Shown here: one piece after another, positions 37,811 to 47,377 of the stretch | How positions within the stretch are numbered: the first letter of the stretch is position 1 | Layout of the letters: the number at the start of each line of letters is the position of its first letter | From: Patescibacteria group bacterium | Lineage (GTDB): Bacteria > Patescibacteriota > Patescibacteriia > UBA11705 > DATKZF01 | NCBI GenBank assembly: GCA_049319825.1 | Contig: JBMORT010000006.1 | Coordinates: 16,012 to 80,011, forward strand | Length of the DNA stretch: 64,000 nucleotides | Direction: 5' to 3' | Made by a program: the position numbers and the translations under genes | Notes under the pieces: model-generated | Databases searched by the model: none | What the model was told of the DNA's origin: nothing | What the model saw: the letters and a program-made list of their open reading frames with translations, nothing else

Positions 37811-39370
37811 TTATTCTATTTTTTCCCGTAACAAGCGGTGATATTTAATGGCAAACCGATGCGCCTCGTCCCTGATTTTTTGCAGCAGTTTAAGCGCCGG
37901 GTCGTTTTTAGGCCAGCGTCGAGGGCTATTTTCGTCTGGTAAATATACTTCTTCGTTTCTTTTGGCCAAAGCGATGATCGGGATTTTCAGCCCCAGATTT
38001 TCAAGCTCATCCAGCGCCGCCGATAGCTGAGCCGGTCCGCCGTCAATCAAAATTAAATCCGGTAATGACGATTTTTCTCTTTGCAGCCGATGGTATCGCC
38101 GGCCAACAATTTCCGCCATCATGGCGAAATCATCCTGGCCCGCGATCGTTTTGATTTTAAATCTGCGATAATTATTTTTATCCGGTTGGCCGCTGAAAAA
38201 ATTAACCATGGCGCCAACCGTAAATTTGGGACCGATATTGGAAATATCAAAGCATTCTATTCGATACGGAATTTTATCGAGATTGAGCTTGTCGCGGAGA
38301 TTGATCAGGGTCTTTTCATTTTCAGACAAGTTTTCCAGCAAATTGGTGTAAACCAAATTAAGCAATTCTTTTTTTGTGCCTTTTTCGGGGACAGTGATAA
38401 TAACTTTTGTCTTTCTGATTTTAGAAAGATATTCTGCCACCAATTTCTGATCTTCGATTTTGTTCGGAATAATTATTTCCTGAGGAATTTCTTCGTAGAA
38501 GTAATACTGTTTGATAAAAGTGCCCGGGCCGCCAATCATATTGGTAAAAGTGAATTGTTTGCGGCCGGAAATGACGCCTTTATTGATATTGAACAGCTGA
38601 ATCATTATTTGGTTGCCCCGTTCGATATAATTGATAATGTCCTGATTTATTTTTTTGGTAATTTCCACTTTTTGTTTTTCCCGAATCGCCCGCAGAGCGT
38701 CGATTTGATCTTTTATAATTTGCGCCCGTTCATATTCCCGCTTATCGGACAGAAAATTCATTTCCTTATTCAATTTTTCGATCAACGGCTTGGTTTTTCC
38801 CTTGAGCAGCATTTTTACATTTTGGACTTTTTTTTCATACTCTGTTTTTGAAATCAAGCCTTCGCACGGGCCGTCGCAGGTGCCGATGTGATATGACAGA
38901 CAAACTTTTTTCGGCAGCTTTTTGCAGGTGCGCAGCTGGAACAGGCGATTGGCGATAGACATCAGATTTCTTCTGACCGCAGCGTCTGTGTATGGCCCGA
39001 AATATTGTCCTTCTTTTGTTTTTAATCGCGTGGACACCAATCGGGGAAATTCGTCCTCAGTGATTTTAATATAAGCATAGCGCAGTGATTCTTTAAGATC
39101 GATGTTGAATTTTGGTTGATGCGTTCGAATGAGCTTGGCTTCGAGCAGCAGCGCTTCGACCTCGGTGTCGGTAATTATAAAATCAATATCAGCGATATTT
39201 TTAACTAAAAGCTTGGTTTTATAATCCAGCTGCTTTTTGGCAAAATAAGAGGCCACCCGTTTTCGAATATTTTTGGCTTTACCGATGTAAATAATATTTC
39301 CGGATTTATTTTTCATTAAATAGCAGCCTGGATTGGTTGGCAATTTTTTTGTTGGTGTTATGTTTGACAT
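37811..39370 (-). CDS. uvrC: Excinuclease ABC subunit C (C-terminal HhH domain not evident)
   Basis: GIY-YIG (GCY..YIGKAKN), RIECFDIS, DLILIDGG, RDEAHRFA; start placed at ATG 39370. Confidence 0.95.
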   Translation of the reverse strand: MSNITPTKKLPTNPGCYLMKNKSGNIIYIGKAKNIRKRVASYFAKKQLDYKTKLLVKNIADIDFIITDTEVEALLLEAKLIRTHQPKFNIDLKESLRYAYIKITEDEFPRLVSTRLKTKEGQYFGPYTDAAVRRNLMSIANRLFQLRTCKKLPKKVCLSYHIGTCDGPCEGLISKTEYEKKVQNVKMLLKGKTKPLIEKLNKEMNFLSDKREYERAQIIKDQIDALRAIREKQKVEITKKINQDIINYIERGNQIMIQLFNINKGVISGRKQFTFTNMIGGPGTFIKQYYFYEEIPQEIIIPNKIEDQKLVAEYLSKIRKTKVIITVPEKGTKKELLNLVYTNLLENLSENEKTLINLRDKLNLDKIPYRIECFDISNIGPKFTVGAMVNFFSGQPDKNNYRRFKIKTIAGQDDFAMMAEIVGRRYHRLQREKSSLPDLILIDGGPAQLSAALDELENLGLKIPIIALAKRNEEVYLPDENSPRRWPKNDPALKLLQKIRDEAHRFAIKYHRLLREKIE

Positions 39371-39422
39371 ATTGATTGAATTGACATACAATAACGAAAC
39401 TCATTGATAAAGGGGGGAAGAG

Positions 39423-39911
39423 ATGGCGCAGAGAATTCTATTTTTCAAGGATATTGACGCCGACACGATCTCTGATTTAATCGCACAGATCGAATCGAGA
39501 GAATCGGATGACGTGGAAATGCTGCTGGACAGTTGCGGTGGGAGTGTGACTCCGGCGCTTTCCTTCCATTCATATGTCAGGCAATCGGGAATCAGATTGA
39601 ATATTTCAGTGATCGGTTGGTGTTATTCGGCAGCGTTGATGATGTTTTGCGCCGGATCTGTCCGGAGGGCCAGCAGAACGGCAAGCTTTCTTTTACATCC
39701 CGTTCGTAAGCTGTTCGAAGGCACATTCACCGCCGAGCAACTGCAAAAAGAAGTTGAGGAATTGAGACGGCTTGATATTATCATGCGTGAAATTTTCACC
39801 GACACAGTTAAAAGAAAGAGGGGAGAGATCACCAGCTATTTCAAACAAACGACGATTTTGGATGCAGTCACCGCATATCGCATGGGATTGCTTACCGAAA
39901 AACCATTTTGA
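39423..39911 (+). CDS. ClpP-like protease subunit
   Basis: LDSCGGSV, CYSAA (Ser), LLHP (His), A..MGL; own promoter TTGACA-17-TACAAT at 39364-39392. Confidence 0.75.
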   Translation: MAQRILFFKDIDADTISDLIAQIESRESDDVEMLLDSCGGSVTPALSFHSYVRQSGIRLNISVIGWCYSAALMMFCAGSVRRASRTASFLLHPVRKLFEGTFTAEQLQKEVEELRRLDIIMREIFTDTVKRKRGEITSYFKQTTILDAVTAYRMGLLTEKPF

Positions 39912-39996
39912 TCCCAGTCAATGCCCGCTCTATCCCGGCGGGATTAATTGGACGTCCGGAGCTTGTCATATTTTTTCAGCGGTTGTATATTATTCT

Positions 39997-40132
39997 TCGG
40001 CGGGTGCGGCTTGGCTGGCACGCCCGATCGCGGCCCGTGCTAGGCCAAAGTCAAGCACGGGCCGCATTTTGAAAGACCACGGCCAATGCCTTTTACACAG
40101 ACCTAACTGTCATAGCAGTGGGTCTTTTTTTT
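39997..40132 (+). ncRNA. Candidate stand-alone small RNA
   Basis: TTGTCA-17-TATATT promoter (39963-39991), GC-rich hairpins, terminator AGACC..GGTCT followed by a T run; no SD-led ORF. Confidence 0.45.
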
Positions 40133-40304
40133 AATTCGAATGGCTTTATACTGGTCGGTCGCTACGGAGCTACTGATATTCTACGGATATTACTGATATT
40201 TATTCATGCCCGCAATTTATAATCCGGATACGGGATTCAGAATCCAGGATTTAGGATTTCGAGCTTCGACACCGCAGCCGCAAACTTTGGAATTGTTTCA
40301 TGTT

Positions 40305-43142
40305 TTATGAGCCAGGATGCAAAATTTTATTCAAATATTTTCCCGTATAACTCTTGGCGTGCCGCGCAATTTTTTCCGGCGTGCCCTTGGCGATTACCAG
40401 GCCGCCGCGCTCGCCGCCTTCCGGACCGAGATCGATGATGTAATCCGCGGTTTTAATAACATCGAGATTGTGTTCGATGACGACCACGGTATTGCCCTTC
40501 TCCACCAGTCGATTTAAAACTGCCAGTAATTTATTGATATCGTCAAAATGCAGGCCGGTGGTCGGCTCGTCTAAGATATAAAGAGTGTCTCCCGTGGCTC
40601 GCTTGGACAATTCTTTGGTTAATTTAATCCTCTGCGCTTCGCCGCCGGATAAAGTGGTCGCGCTCTGACCCAAAGTAATATAGCCCAAGCCGACATCCTG
40701 CAAAGTCTGCAGCTTGTTTTTTATGCGGGGGATGTGTTTGAAAAATTCCAAGGCCTGATTGACGGTCATGGCCAGCACGTCGGCGATGTTTTTGCCTTTA
40801 TAAAATATTTCCAGCGTTTCGGAATTGAACCTGGTGCCGCGGCATTTTTCGCATTCGACGAAGACGTCGGGCAGAAAATGCATTTCGATTTTAATCAGGC
40901 CGCCGCCTTCGCAGTTTTCGCACCGGCCGCCGGGTACGTTAAAGCTGAATCGGCCCGGTCGGTAGCCGCGCGCTTTGGCTTCGGGCGTGGCCGCGAAAAG
41001 ATCGCGAATGGCATTGTAAACTTCAATATAGGTTGCCGGGTTTGAGCGCGGGGTGCGGCCGATCGGCGACTGATCGATATTGACGACTTTATTGATGTTT
41101 TCCAGGCCGGTTATTTTTTTGTGCCTGCCCGCCTTTGCCGCTGCCCGGTAGAATTTTTGCGCCAGGGCGCGATACAGGGTCTGATCAATGAGTGAGCTTT
41201 TGCCGCTGCCCGACACGCCGGTGACGCAAACAAGAATTCCGGTCGGAATATCAACATCGATATTTTTTAAGTTATTTTCACTGGCCCCTTCAATGGTCAA
41301 AAAACCCGTCGGCACCCGTCTTTCGGTCGGTACTGGTATTTTCTTTTTCCCATTAAGATAATCGGCGGTCAAGCTGTCCGGGCATTTTAACAATTCTTTA
41401 AATGTGCCGCTGCAGACCACTTTGCCGCCGAGCACGCCGGCGCCCGGTCCGAGATCGACCACCCAATCGGCGTGGCGCATGGTTTCTTCATCGTGTTCGA
41501 CCACGATTAATGTATTGCCCACGTCGCGCAGGTCGCGCAGAGTTTTTATCAGTTTTTGATTGTCACGCTGGTGCAGTCCGATCGAAGGTTCGTCCAAAAT
41601 GTACATAACGCCGCGCAGCTCTGAGCCGATTTGGGTGGCCAGCCTGATTCGCTGGCCTTCGCCGCCGGATAGCGTGGCGGCGCTGCGGTCCAATGTCAAA
41701 TAATCAAGCCCGACATTGACTAAAAATTGCAGCCGATTTTTTATCTCCTTTAATATCGGCTGGGCGATGCTTTCTTTTGATTTTGATAATTTCAATTTTT
41801 GAACCAAGGTAATTGAATCGGAAATCGATTGAGCGGAAAATTCAATGATATTTTTGCCCTCGATCGTGACCGCCAAGCTTTCCGGCCGCAATCTTTTGCC
41901 GCCGCAGACCGGGCAATCGCCGGCTCGCATGTATTTCATTATTTCCTCGCGCCGGCTTTCAGATTCGGTTTCCTGCAGGTTGCGTTCGAGTTGATTAATG
42001 ACGCCTTCGAATCGTCCGGTGTATTCATACATCGCGTCAGACGATTTTGATTGATAGGAAAAATCAATGTCTTCGTCTGTTCCGTTGAGCAAAATATCGA
42101 TAAACCATTTCGGCAGTTGTTTAACCGGTTTTTTAGTGCTCAAACCAAAGTGCTTAACCACGCTTTTTAAGCTTTGGGCGCGCCAGCCTTCATAAGTCGA
42201 TCGCCATGGCGCGATGGCGCCTTCATCGATAGACAAATCTTTATTGGGAATAATCAAATCCGGGTCAAAGCTTTGCGATGCGCCCAGGCCATGGCATTCG
42301 GGACAAGCGCCGAAAGGCGAGTTAAACGAAAACATCCGCGGCTGAAGCTCCTCGAAGCTGATGCCGCAGTCTGTGCAGGCGTTTTTTTGCGAAAATATTT
42401 TTTCAGTTTTGTCCGGCATGATAACTAAAATAGAGCCGTCGCTTTCCTCAGAGGCTTTTTCCGCCGCATCGTATATTCTGGTTTTCGCCTCGGGCTTGAT
42501 GACTATTCGATCGATTATCAGTTCAACGCTGTGATTTTGATATTTTTTCAGCTTGATCTTGTTTTTATCGGCCAGCTCATATTCTCGGCCGTCCACCCGG
42601 ACGCGGGCATAGCCTTTTTTAAAAAGTTTATCGAAAAGCTTTTCAAAGGTTCCTTTTTGGCCGCGAATGATCGGCGACAAAATTTGGATTTTGCTGTTTG
42701 GCTTAAGCGCGAGCAGCTGATTGGTGATATCTTCGATCGACTGGGAGGAAATGAGATTACCGCATTTGGGGCAGTGAGGCACGCCGATTCGGGCGTAAAG
42801 CAAGCGAAGATAATCATATATTTCAGTGATCGTGCCCACTGTGGACCGCGGATTTTTGGAAACGGTTTTTTGTTCGATGGAAATGGCCGGTGACAGGCCT
42901 TTGATCGAGTCGACGTCCGGCTTGGACATCACGCCTAAAAACTGCCGGGCATAAGCTGACAGGCTTTCGACATAGCGTCTTTGGCCTTCGGCATAGATGG
43001 TGTCAAAGGCGAGAGATGATTTGCCCGAGCCGGATAGGCCGGTGATGACAATGAATTTATCCAATGGCAAATCAAGGTCAATGTTTTTGAGGTTATGTTC
43101 GCGCGCGCCGCGGATGATTAATTTGTCTGGATTGTTATTCAT
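40305..43142 (-). CDS. uvrA: Excinuclease ABC subunit A
   Basis: Two ABC modules ([23 protein letters not shown]), zinc fingers. Confidence 0.98.
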   Translation of the reverse strand: MNNNPDKLIIRGAREHNLKNIDLDLPLDKFIVITGLSGSGKSSLAFDTIYAEGQRRYVESLSAYARQFLGVMSKPDVDSIKGLSPAISIEQKTVSKNPRSTVGTITEIYDYLRLLYARIGVPHCPKCGNLISSQSIEDITNQLLALKPNSKIQILSPIIRGQKGTFEKLFDKLFKKGYARVRVDGREYELADKNKIKLKKYQNHSVELIIDRIVIKPEAKTRIYDAAEKASEESDGSILVIMPDKTEKIFSQKNACTDCGISFEELQPRMFSFNSPFGACPECHGLGASQSFDPDLIIPNKDLSIDEGAIAPWRSTYEGWRAQSLKSVVKHFGLSTKKPVKQLPKWFIDILLNGTDEDIDFSYQSKSSDAMYEYTGRFEGVINQLERNLQETESESRREEIMKYMRAGDCPVCGGKRLRPESLAVTIEGKNIIEFSAQSISDSITLVQKLKLSKSKESIAQPILKEIKNRLQFLVNVGLDYLTLDRSAATLSGGEGQRIRLATQIGSELRGVMYILDEPSIGLHQRDNQKLIKTLRDLRDVGNTLIVVEHDEETMRHADWVVDLGPGAGVLGGKVVCSGTFKELLKCPDSLTADYLNGKKKIPVPTERRVPTGFLTIEGASENNLKNIDVDIPTGILVCVTGVSGSGKSSLIDQTLYRALAQKFYRAAAKAGRHKKITGLENINKVVNIDQSPIGRTPRSNPATYIEVYNAIRDLFAATPEAKARGYRPGRFSFNVPGGRCENCEGGGLIKIEMHFLPDVFVECEKCRGTRFNSETLEIFYKGKNIADVLAMTVNQALEFFKHIPRIKNKLQTLQDVGLGYITLGQSATTLSGGEAQRIKLTKELSKRATGDTLYILDEPTTGLHFDDINKLLAVLNRLVEKGNTVVVIEHNLDVIKTADYIIDLGPEGGERGGLVIAKGTPEKIARHAKSYTGKYLNKILHPGS

Positions 43143-43162
43143 AGATGTTATAATGATGATAT

Positions 43163-43963
43163 ATGAAAAATTTTAAGCCTTTTCCAAAAAGATATTATAC
43201 CGAATACGGAATTTATTTCAATACGGCCAATGTTGACGGCAGGTTTCCTTTTTTTAAGGAAGAAATTTTTTGCGAATTAATGATTGAGGAGTTGAAATTG
43301 GTTAAAGAAATATATCAATGCAAAATATTCGGTTTTCTGATCAATTATGACCATAATCATTTTTTGATCCAGCATGCGGATGTGGGGGAGAGGAATATAT
43401 CTAAAGTAATGAAGAGTTTGAAGAGGAATTTTTCGCAGAATTCAAATAAAATTATGGGATTTACGCCTTTGTTACCCATCGGAGAAACGACTCATACCTT
43501 TCAGGTAAAAATGAATACCCCACCGATAACGTCAGACGTCCCACTGGTAACGCCGAATTCGAATTCGGCGTTACCAGTGGGGGAACCGGCGGATTCGAAT
43601 TCGGCGTTACCAGTGGGGGAACCGGCGGATGGCCAGGAGGAGCGATCGGCGGGGAATCAAGAGAGAAGCTGCTCTCCATTACCGGATTGATTGCGAAAAA
43701 GAAAAAAAGAGCTGGATACTTTTATTCTTAATAAACGCCAGGAATTCATCAATAAATACGGCAAAGACCAAATCATCTTTCCCAAATTCAAATGGCAACA
43801 CCGCTTTCACGACCACCGCGTCCGCGATGAAAACGATTTGGCGGATAAAATGGAATACATTGATATTAATCCTAGCAAGCATGGAATTGTTAAACCAGGC
43901 GAAAGGTACAAATATTGCTCAACGCATTATAAATATGATTTTATTGACGAATTGCCTTTTTAG
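43163..43963 (+). pseudogene. RAYT/IS200-like Y1 HUH transposase interrupted by one in-frame TGA
   Basis: YF.T, DHNHFLI (HUH), WQ.RFHDH.VRDE..L...MEYI..NP.KHG; ORFs 43163-43690 and 43691-43963 share one frame. Confidence 0.75.
43540..43630. repeat. Perfect 42-bp palindrome plus 36-bp tandem duplication inside the RAYT-like gene
   Basis: CCCACTGGTAACGCCGAATTC|GAATTCGGCGTTACCAGTGGG at 43540-43581; 36-bp unit at 43557 and 43593. Confidence 0.9.
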
Positions 43964-44031
43964 AAATATGTCAGTTTATTAAATTATATCACATTTTTAA
44001 AGTAAAAACCGCTCAACGTGGTTGGCGGATA

Positions 44032-45012
44032 TTAATAATTAGTTTGAAGCGTAAAAGAAAATCCTAATTTGTTTTCTTCACAGTCGGCAATGAAATTTTC
44101 AAGTCTTTCATGTTTGAGGTTAATATAAACAGCCCTATACCTGTGACAGCAGCTTGGGCTGGCTATCGGACCATTAAAACCCTTGGATGTACTGCTTTCA
44201 GGGTAAAATCCAAATGCAAATTGTGGACAAAATACTCCGTCCCACAGAATCCTGGGCAATCTGAAAAACCAGATTGAAACATTTTTTTGCTGATCGCGCG
44301 GAATTTGCCTTAGTATTTCATCAGGTTCTGCTTGAAGCAGCGTGCCGAAATTAAAGTCTAGGCCCACACTTCGCTGGTAATAATCTTCTGCGCTGACAAA
44401 ACCATATTTTGAAAAGTTCTCCCAATTCAACGAAATAGTTCTATCAAGAACCGTATTTTCGAAGACCACACTTTTCCTAATAATTTTTTCTGTCAGCCGG
44501 GTTTTTTTGTACAGTTCAACCAGCTTCCTGATACGCATTTCCAAATCCATCTCCAAAAATTCATAATCACCGGGGAAAAATTCCTTCAAATCCTCAGCGC
44601 TGATTGCTGAGCGTAAGAATTTGATCATTGCCAAAGCGCGCGGGAAGTCATGGATCATCAGAGTGAAAGGCAAGCTTTGATCCAGCGGGACTGTCTCGCC
44701 ATTGAAAAAGAAAGTAGGCTCAGTCAGAGCCCTTTGCAATTCGGTATATGCCGACCAATATCCTTTCTTTCGAAGTTTTGCAAGCAAATTTCCCATTACC
44801 AGCAGATCAGTCGATCGCTGCTGCCACTGGGAATTGAAATTTGTCGGAGAATTGGCATCAGTAACCATTTTGAAAAAAGATGCTGGATCCAGCAGCTCCT
44901 TTAATTTTCCTCTCAGACGATGAAAGGCTCGGTTACCGGTCAGTTTTTGTCTGAGGAAAGCGGCTTGCTCTCCCTGGCTTTGCACACTGGCTTCGGGCAC
45001 TTGGTCGGTCAT
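44032..45012 (-). CDS. Hypothetical protein
   Basis: Long ORF; GAGGAGG SD before ATG 45012; own promoter at 45135-45163. Confidence 0.75.
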   Translation of the reverse strand: MTDQVPEASVQSQGEQAAFLRQKLTGNRAFHRLRGKLKELLDPASFFKMVTDANSPTNFNSQWQQRSTDLLVMGNLLAKLRKKGYWSAYTELQRALTEPTFFFNGETVPLDQSLPFTLMIHDFPRALAMIKFLRSAISAEDLKEFFPGDYEFLEMDLEMRIRKLVELYKKTRLTEKIIRKSVVFENTVLDRTISLNWENFSKYGFVSAEDYYQRSVGLDFNFGTLLQAEPDEILRQIPRDQQKNVSIWFFRLPRILWDGVFCPQFAFGFYPESSTSKGFNGPIASPSCCHRYRAVYINLKHERLENFIADCEENKLGFSFTLQTNY

Positions 45013-45024
45013 GTTAGACCTCCT

Positions 45025-45128
45025 CATCCGAAGACGCTCCCTTGCGGGATGCGCGATGCGACTTTCAGATCAGACTGCCTGACCTGAGAGCTGCCTCTTG
45101 CGAGGCGATTCGCTTTGTTAAGGTGCGT
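45025..45128 (-). promoter_or_regulatory. Structured 5' leader with two GCAA tetraloop hairpins
   Basis: GCCTC-GCAA-GAGGC, TCAGGTCAG..CTGATCTGA and TCCC-GCAA-GGGA between the promoter and the SD. Confidence 0.45.
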
Positions 45129-45163
45129 CGGATTATATTATCAGTGTTTGATTTGTTTGTCAA

Positions 45164-47107
45164 TTACATGATTTTTTTACTTAATTTATCAATTTTATCT
45201 CGATACTCTATTGCTTTCTCAAAATCCAGATTCTCAGCGGCCAGACGCATCTTCTGCTCGAGCTCGACCAATTTATTTTTCATATCTTCTTCTTCCATTA
45301 AATCAACTTCGGCTTCCTCTTGTTCAGTAACGATTTCTTCATTTAATGATTTGAAAACGGTTTGGGGTTTGATTTTATGCTTTTGATTATATTCGAACTG
45401 GATCTGCCGCCGTCTTTCAGTCTCGTCGATCGCTTCTTTTATGCTGTCGGTTCGCCGGTCGGCAAACATGATCACTTTGGAATTGACATTTCTTGACGCC
45501 CGGCCGATCGTTTGAATTAAGCTTCTGGCATTTCTTAAAAATCCTTCTGAATCCGCATCCATTATGGCCACCAGGCTGACTTCGGGAATATCGAGGCCTT
45601 CGCGCAGCAGATTAATGCCCACTAAAACATCATATTTTCTTTTTCTTAAATCCAAAATAATTTTCGATCGCTTAAAAGTATCGATTTCGCTGTGCAGATA
45701 AACGGTTTTATACCCGCGCTCTTTCAGATACTTGGCCAGATTTTCAGACATTCTCTTGGTTAGCGTGGTGATTAAAACTCTTTCTCCTCTCCGAATGACC
45801 TTATCGATTTCTTTTTTCAAAACATCGATTTGATTTTCAGTCGGATGGATTTCAATATTAGGATCGAGCAGGCCGGTGGGCCTGATGATTTGCTCGACGA
45901 CTTTTTTGCCGTTTAAAAATTCATAATCGCCTGGAGTGGCAGACACGAATACCGCGTGCTTTAAATATTTTTCAAATTCATCGAAGCTCAGCGGCCGGTT
46001 ATCATAGGCGCTTTGCATCCGGAAGCCATGCTCGATCAGATTTTTTTTCCTTGACCGGTCGCCCGCGCGCATGGCGCGAACTTGTGGCAGTGAAAGATGG
46101 CTTTCGTCAATGAAAAAGAGCCAGTCGTCTTTATGCGCGTAATTGAAAAAGTCGAGCAGGCAAAAAGGCGGCTCGCCTGATTGGCGGTTATCAAAATATA
46201 AAGAATAATTTTCAATGCCATTGCAGTAGCCGAGCTCGCGGATCATTTCCAAATCATACTCGGTTCTTTGCTTGAGGCGATGGGCTTCGATCGGCCCGAG
46301 GCTTGGCAATGTCTGCCGCAGTTCTTTTTCAATGCCTTTGAGCGCTTCTTTCATGTAGTCTTCATAAATCAAGTATGGCGTGGCCGGGAAAATGGAAATT
46401 TTTTCAAACTCTTTGAGCTTCTTTCCGGAAATCGGATTATATAATGACAATTTTTCGATCTCATCGCCCGAAAATTCAATGCGGTACACATTTTCCGACA
46501 GGCCTTGCATCACATCCATGACGTCCCCCTTGATTCGGAATCGGCCGTTCTTGAGCTCGGTGTCATTTCTTTCAAATTGAATTTTTACCAGCAGCTTGGC
46601 CGCTTCTGGCGGAGAAATTTTTTGTTTCAATTTTAATTCCAAAGCGCTCTGCGCGAAAAGCTCCGGCCGGCCGAAGCCATAGATGCAAGAAACCGAAGCG
46701 ACCACGATCACATCTTTTCTGGTGAGGACCGATGCGGCCGCCTGCAGGCGCAGCTGGTCGATTCGTTCATTGACCTTGGAATCTTTTTCAATATAGGTAT
46801 CGGTTTGAGGGATATAGCTTTCCGGCTGATAGTAGTCATAGTAGGAGACGAAGTAATTGACTGAATTTTCAGGAAAGAATGATTGAAATTCATTGTAAAG
46901 CTGTGCGGCCAGAGTCTTATTCGGCGCCAATACCAAAGTCGGCTTTTGCAGATTTTGGATCACCTGAGCCATGGTAAAAGTTTTGCCGGAGCCGGTGACC
47001 CCGAGCAAAGTCTGGTTGGGATATTTTTTATAGCCCTTGACCAGCTTTTCAATGGCCTGCGGCTGGTCGCCTTTGGGCTGAAATTTTGATTTTATTTGAA
47101 AATCCAT
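45164..47107 (-). CDS. uvrB: Excinuclease ABC subunit B
   Basis: GVTGSGKT, FVSYYDYYQPESY, DESH, GINLLREGLD, UVR domain. Confidence 0.98.
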   Translation of the reverse strand: MDFQIKSKFQPKGDQPQAIEKLVKGYKKYPNQTLLGVTGSGKTFTMAQVIQNLQKPTLVLAPNKTLAAQLYNEFQSFFPENSVNYFVSYYDYYQPESYIPQTDTYIEKDSKVNERIDQLRLQAAASVLTRKDVIVVASVSCIYGFGRPELFAQSALELKLKQKISPPEAAKLLVKIQFERNDTELKNGRFRIKGDVMDVMQGLSENVYRIEFSGDEIEKLSLYNPISGKKLKEFEKISIFPATPYLIYEDYMKEALKGIEKELRQTLPSLGPIEAHRLKQRTEYDLEMIRELGYCNGIENYSLYFDNRQSGEPPFCLLDFFNYAHKDDWLFFIDESHLSLPQVRAMRAGDRSRKKNLIEHGFRMQSAYDNRPLSFDEFEKYLKHAVFVSATPGDYEFLNGKKVVEQIIRPTGLLDPNIEIHPTENQIDVLKKEIDKVIRRGERVLITTLTKRMSENLAKYLKERGYKTVYLHSEIDTFKRSKIILDLRKRKYDVLVGINLLREGLDIPEVSLVAIMDADSEGFLRNARSLIQTIGRASRNVNSKVIMFADRRTDSIKEAIDETERRRQIQFEYNQKHKIKPQTVFKSLNEEIVTEQEEAEVDLMEEEDMKNKLVELEQKMRLAAENLDFEKAIEYRDKIDKLSKKIM

Positions 47108-47198
47108 ATCATTTGCCCTTTATTGTATCAAAAAAAGCGTTATCATTCAATTATTGGCAATGATTTGCTGGGAAAATCATAAAATGCTATAATAAAGT

Positions 47199-47337
47199 AG
47201 CTTCACCGATAGACTGGTATAAATTTCGGGACAACTTTATTTCTAGGGAGGCTCATATCGCCCTGCTCCGTGGAGTAGTGGCTGCGGCCACCCACCTGGC
47301 GTAGAGCCGGAATTTCGCCAGTTGAAGGTGGAGTTTT
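47199..47337 (+). ncRNA. ssrS: Probable 6S RNA
   Basis: TTGCTG-17-TATAAT promoter; long rod (CTTCACC/GGTGGAG, GACTGGT/GCCAGTT, AAATTTCGG/CCGGAATTT) with a central bubble and apical stem. Confidence 0.5.
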
Positions 47338-47377
47338 GTTTGGATTAAACAATAATATATTTTTAAACTATTATTTT

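Noticed and set aside
39997-40132. SRP RNA
   Set aside because: Lacks the conserved helix 8 GNRA loop with the CAGG/AGCA internal loop
43688-43690. Genetic code 25 (TGA=Gly) explaining the in-frame stop
   Set aside because: TGA terminates other genes here (e.g. 13544, 33231, 34130) and long conserved genes are intact under code 11
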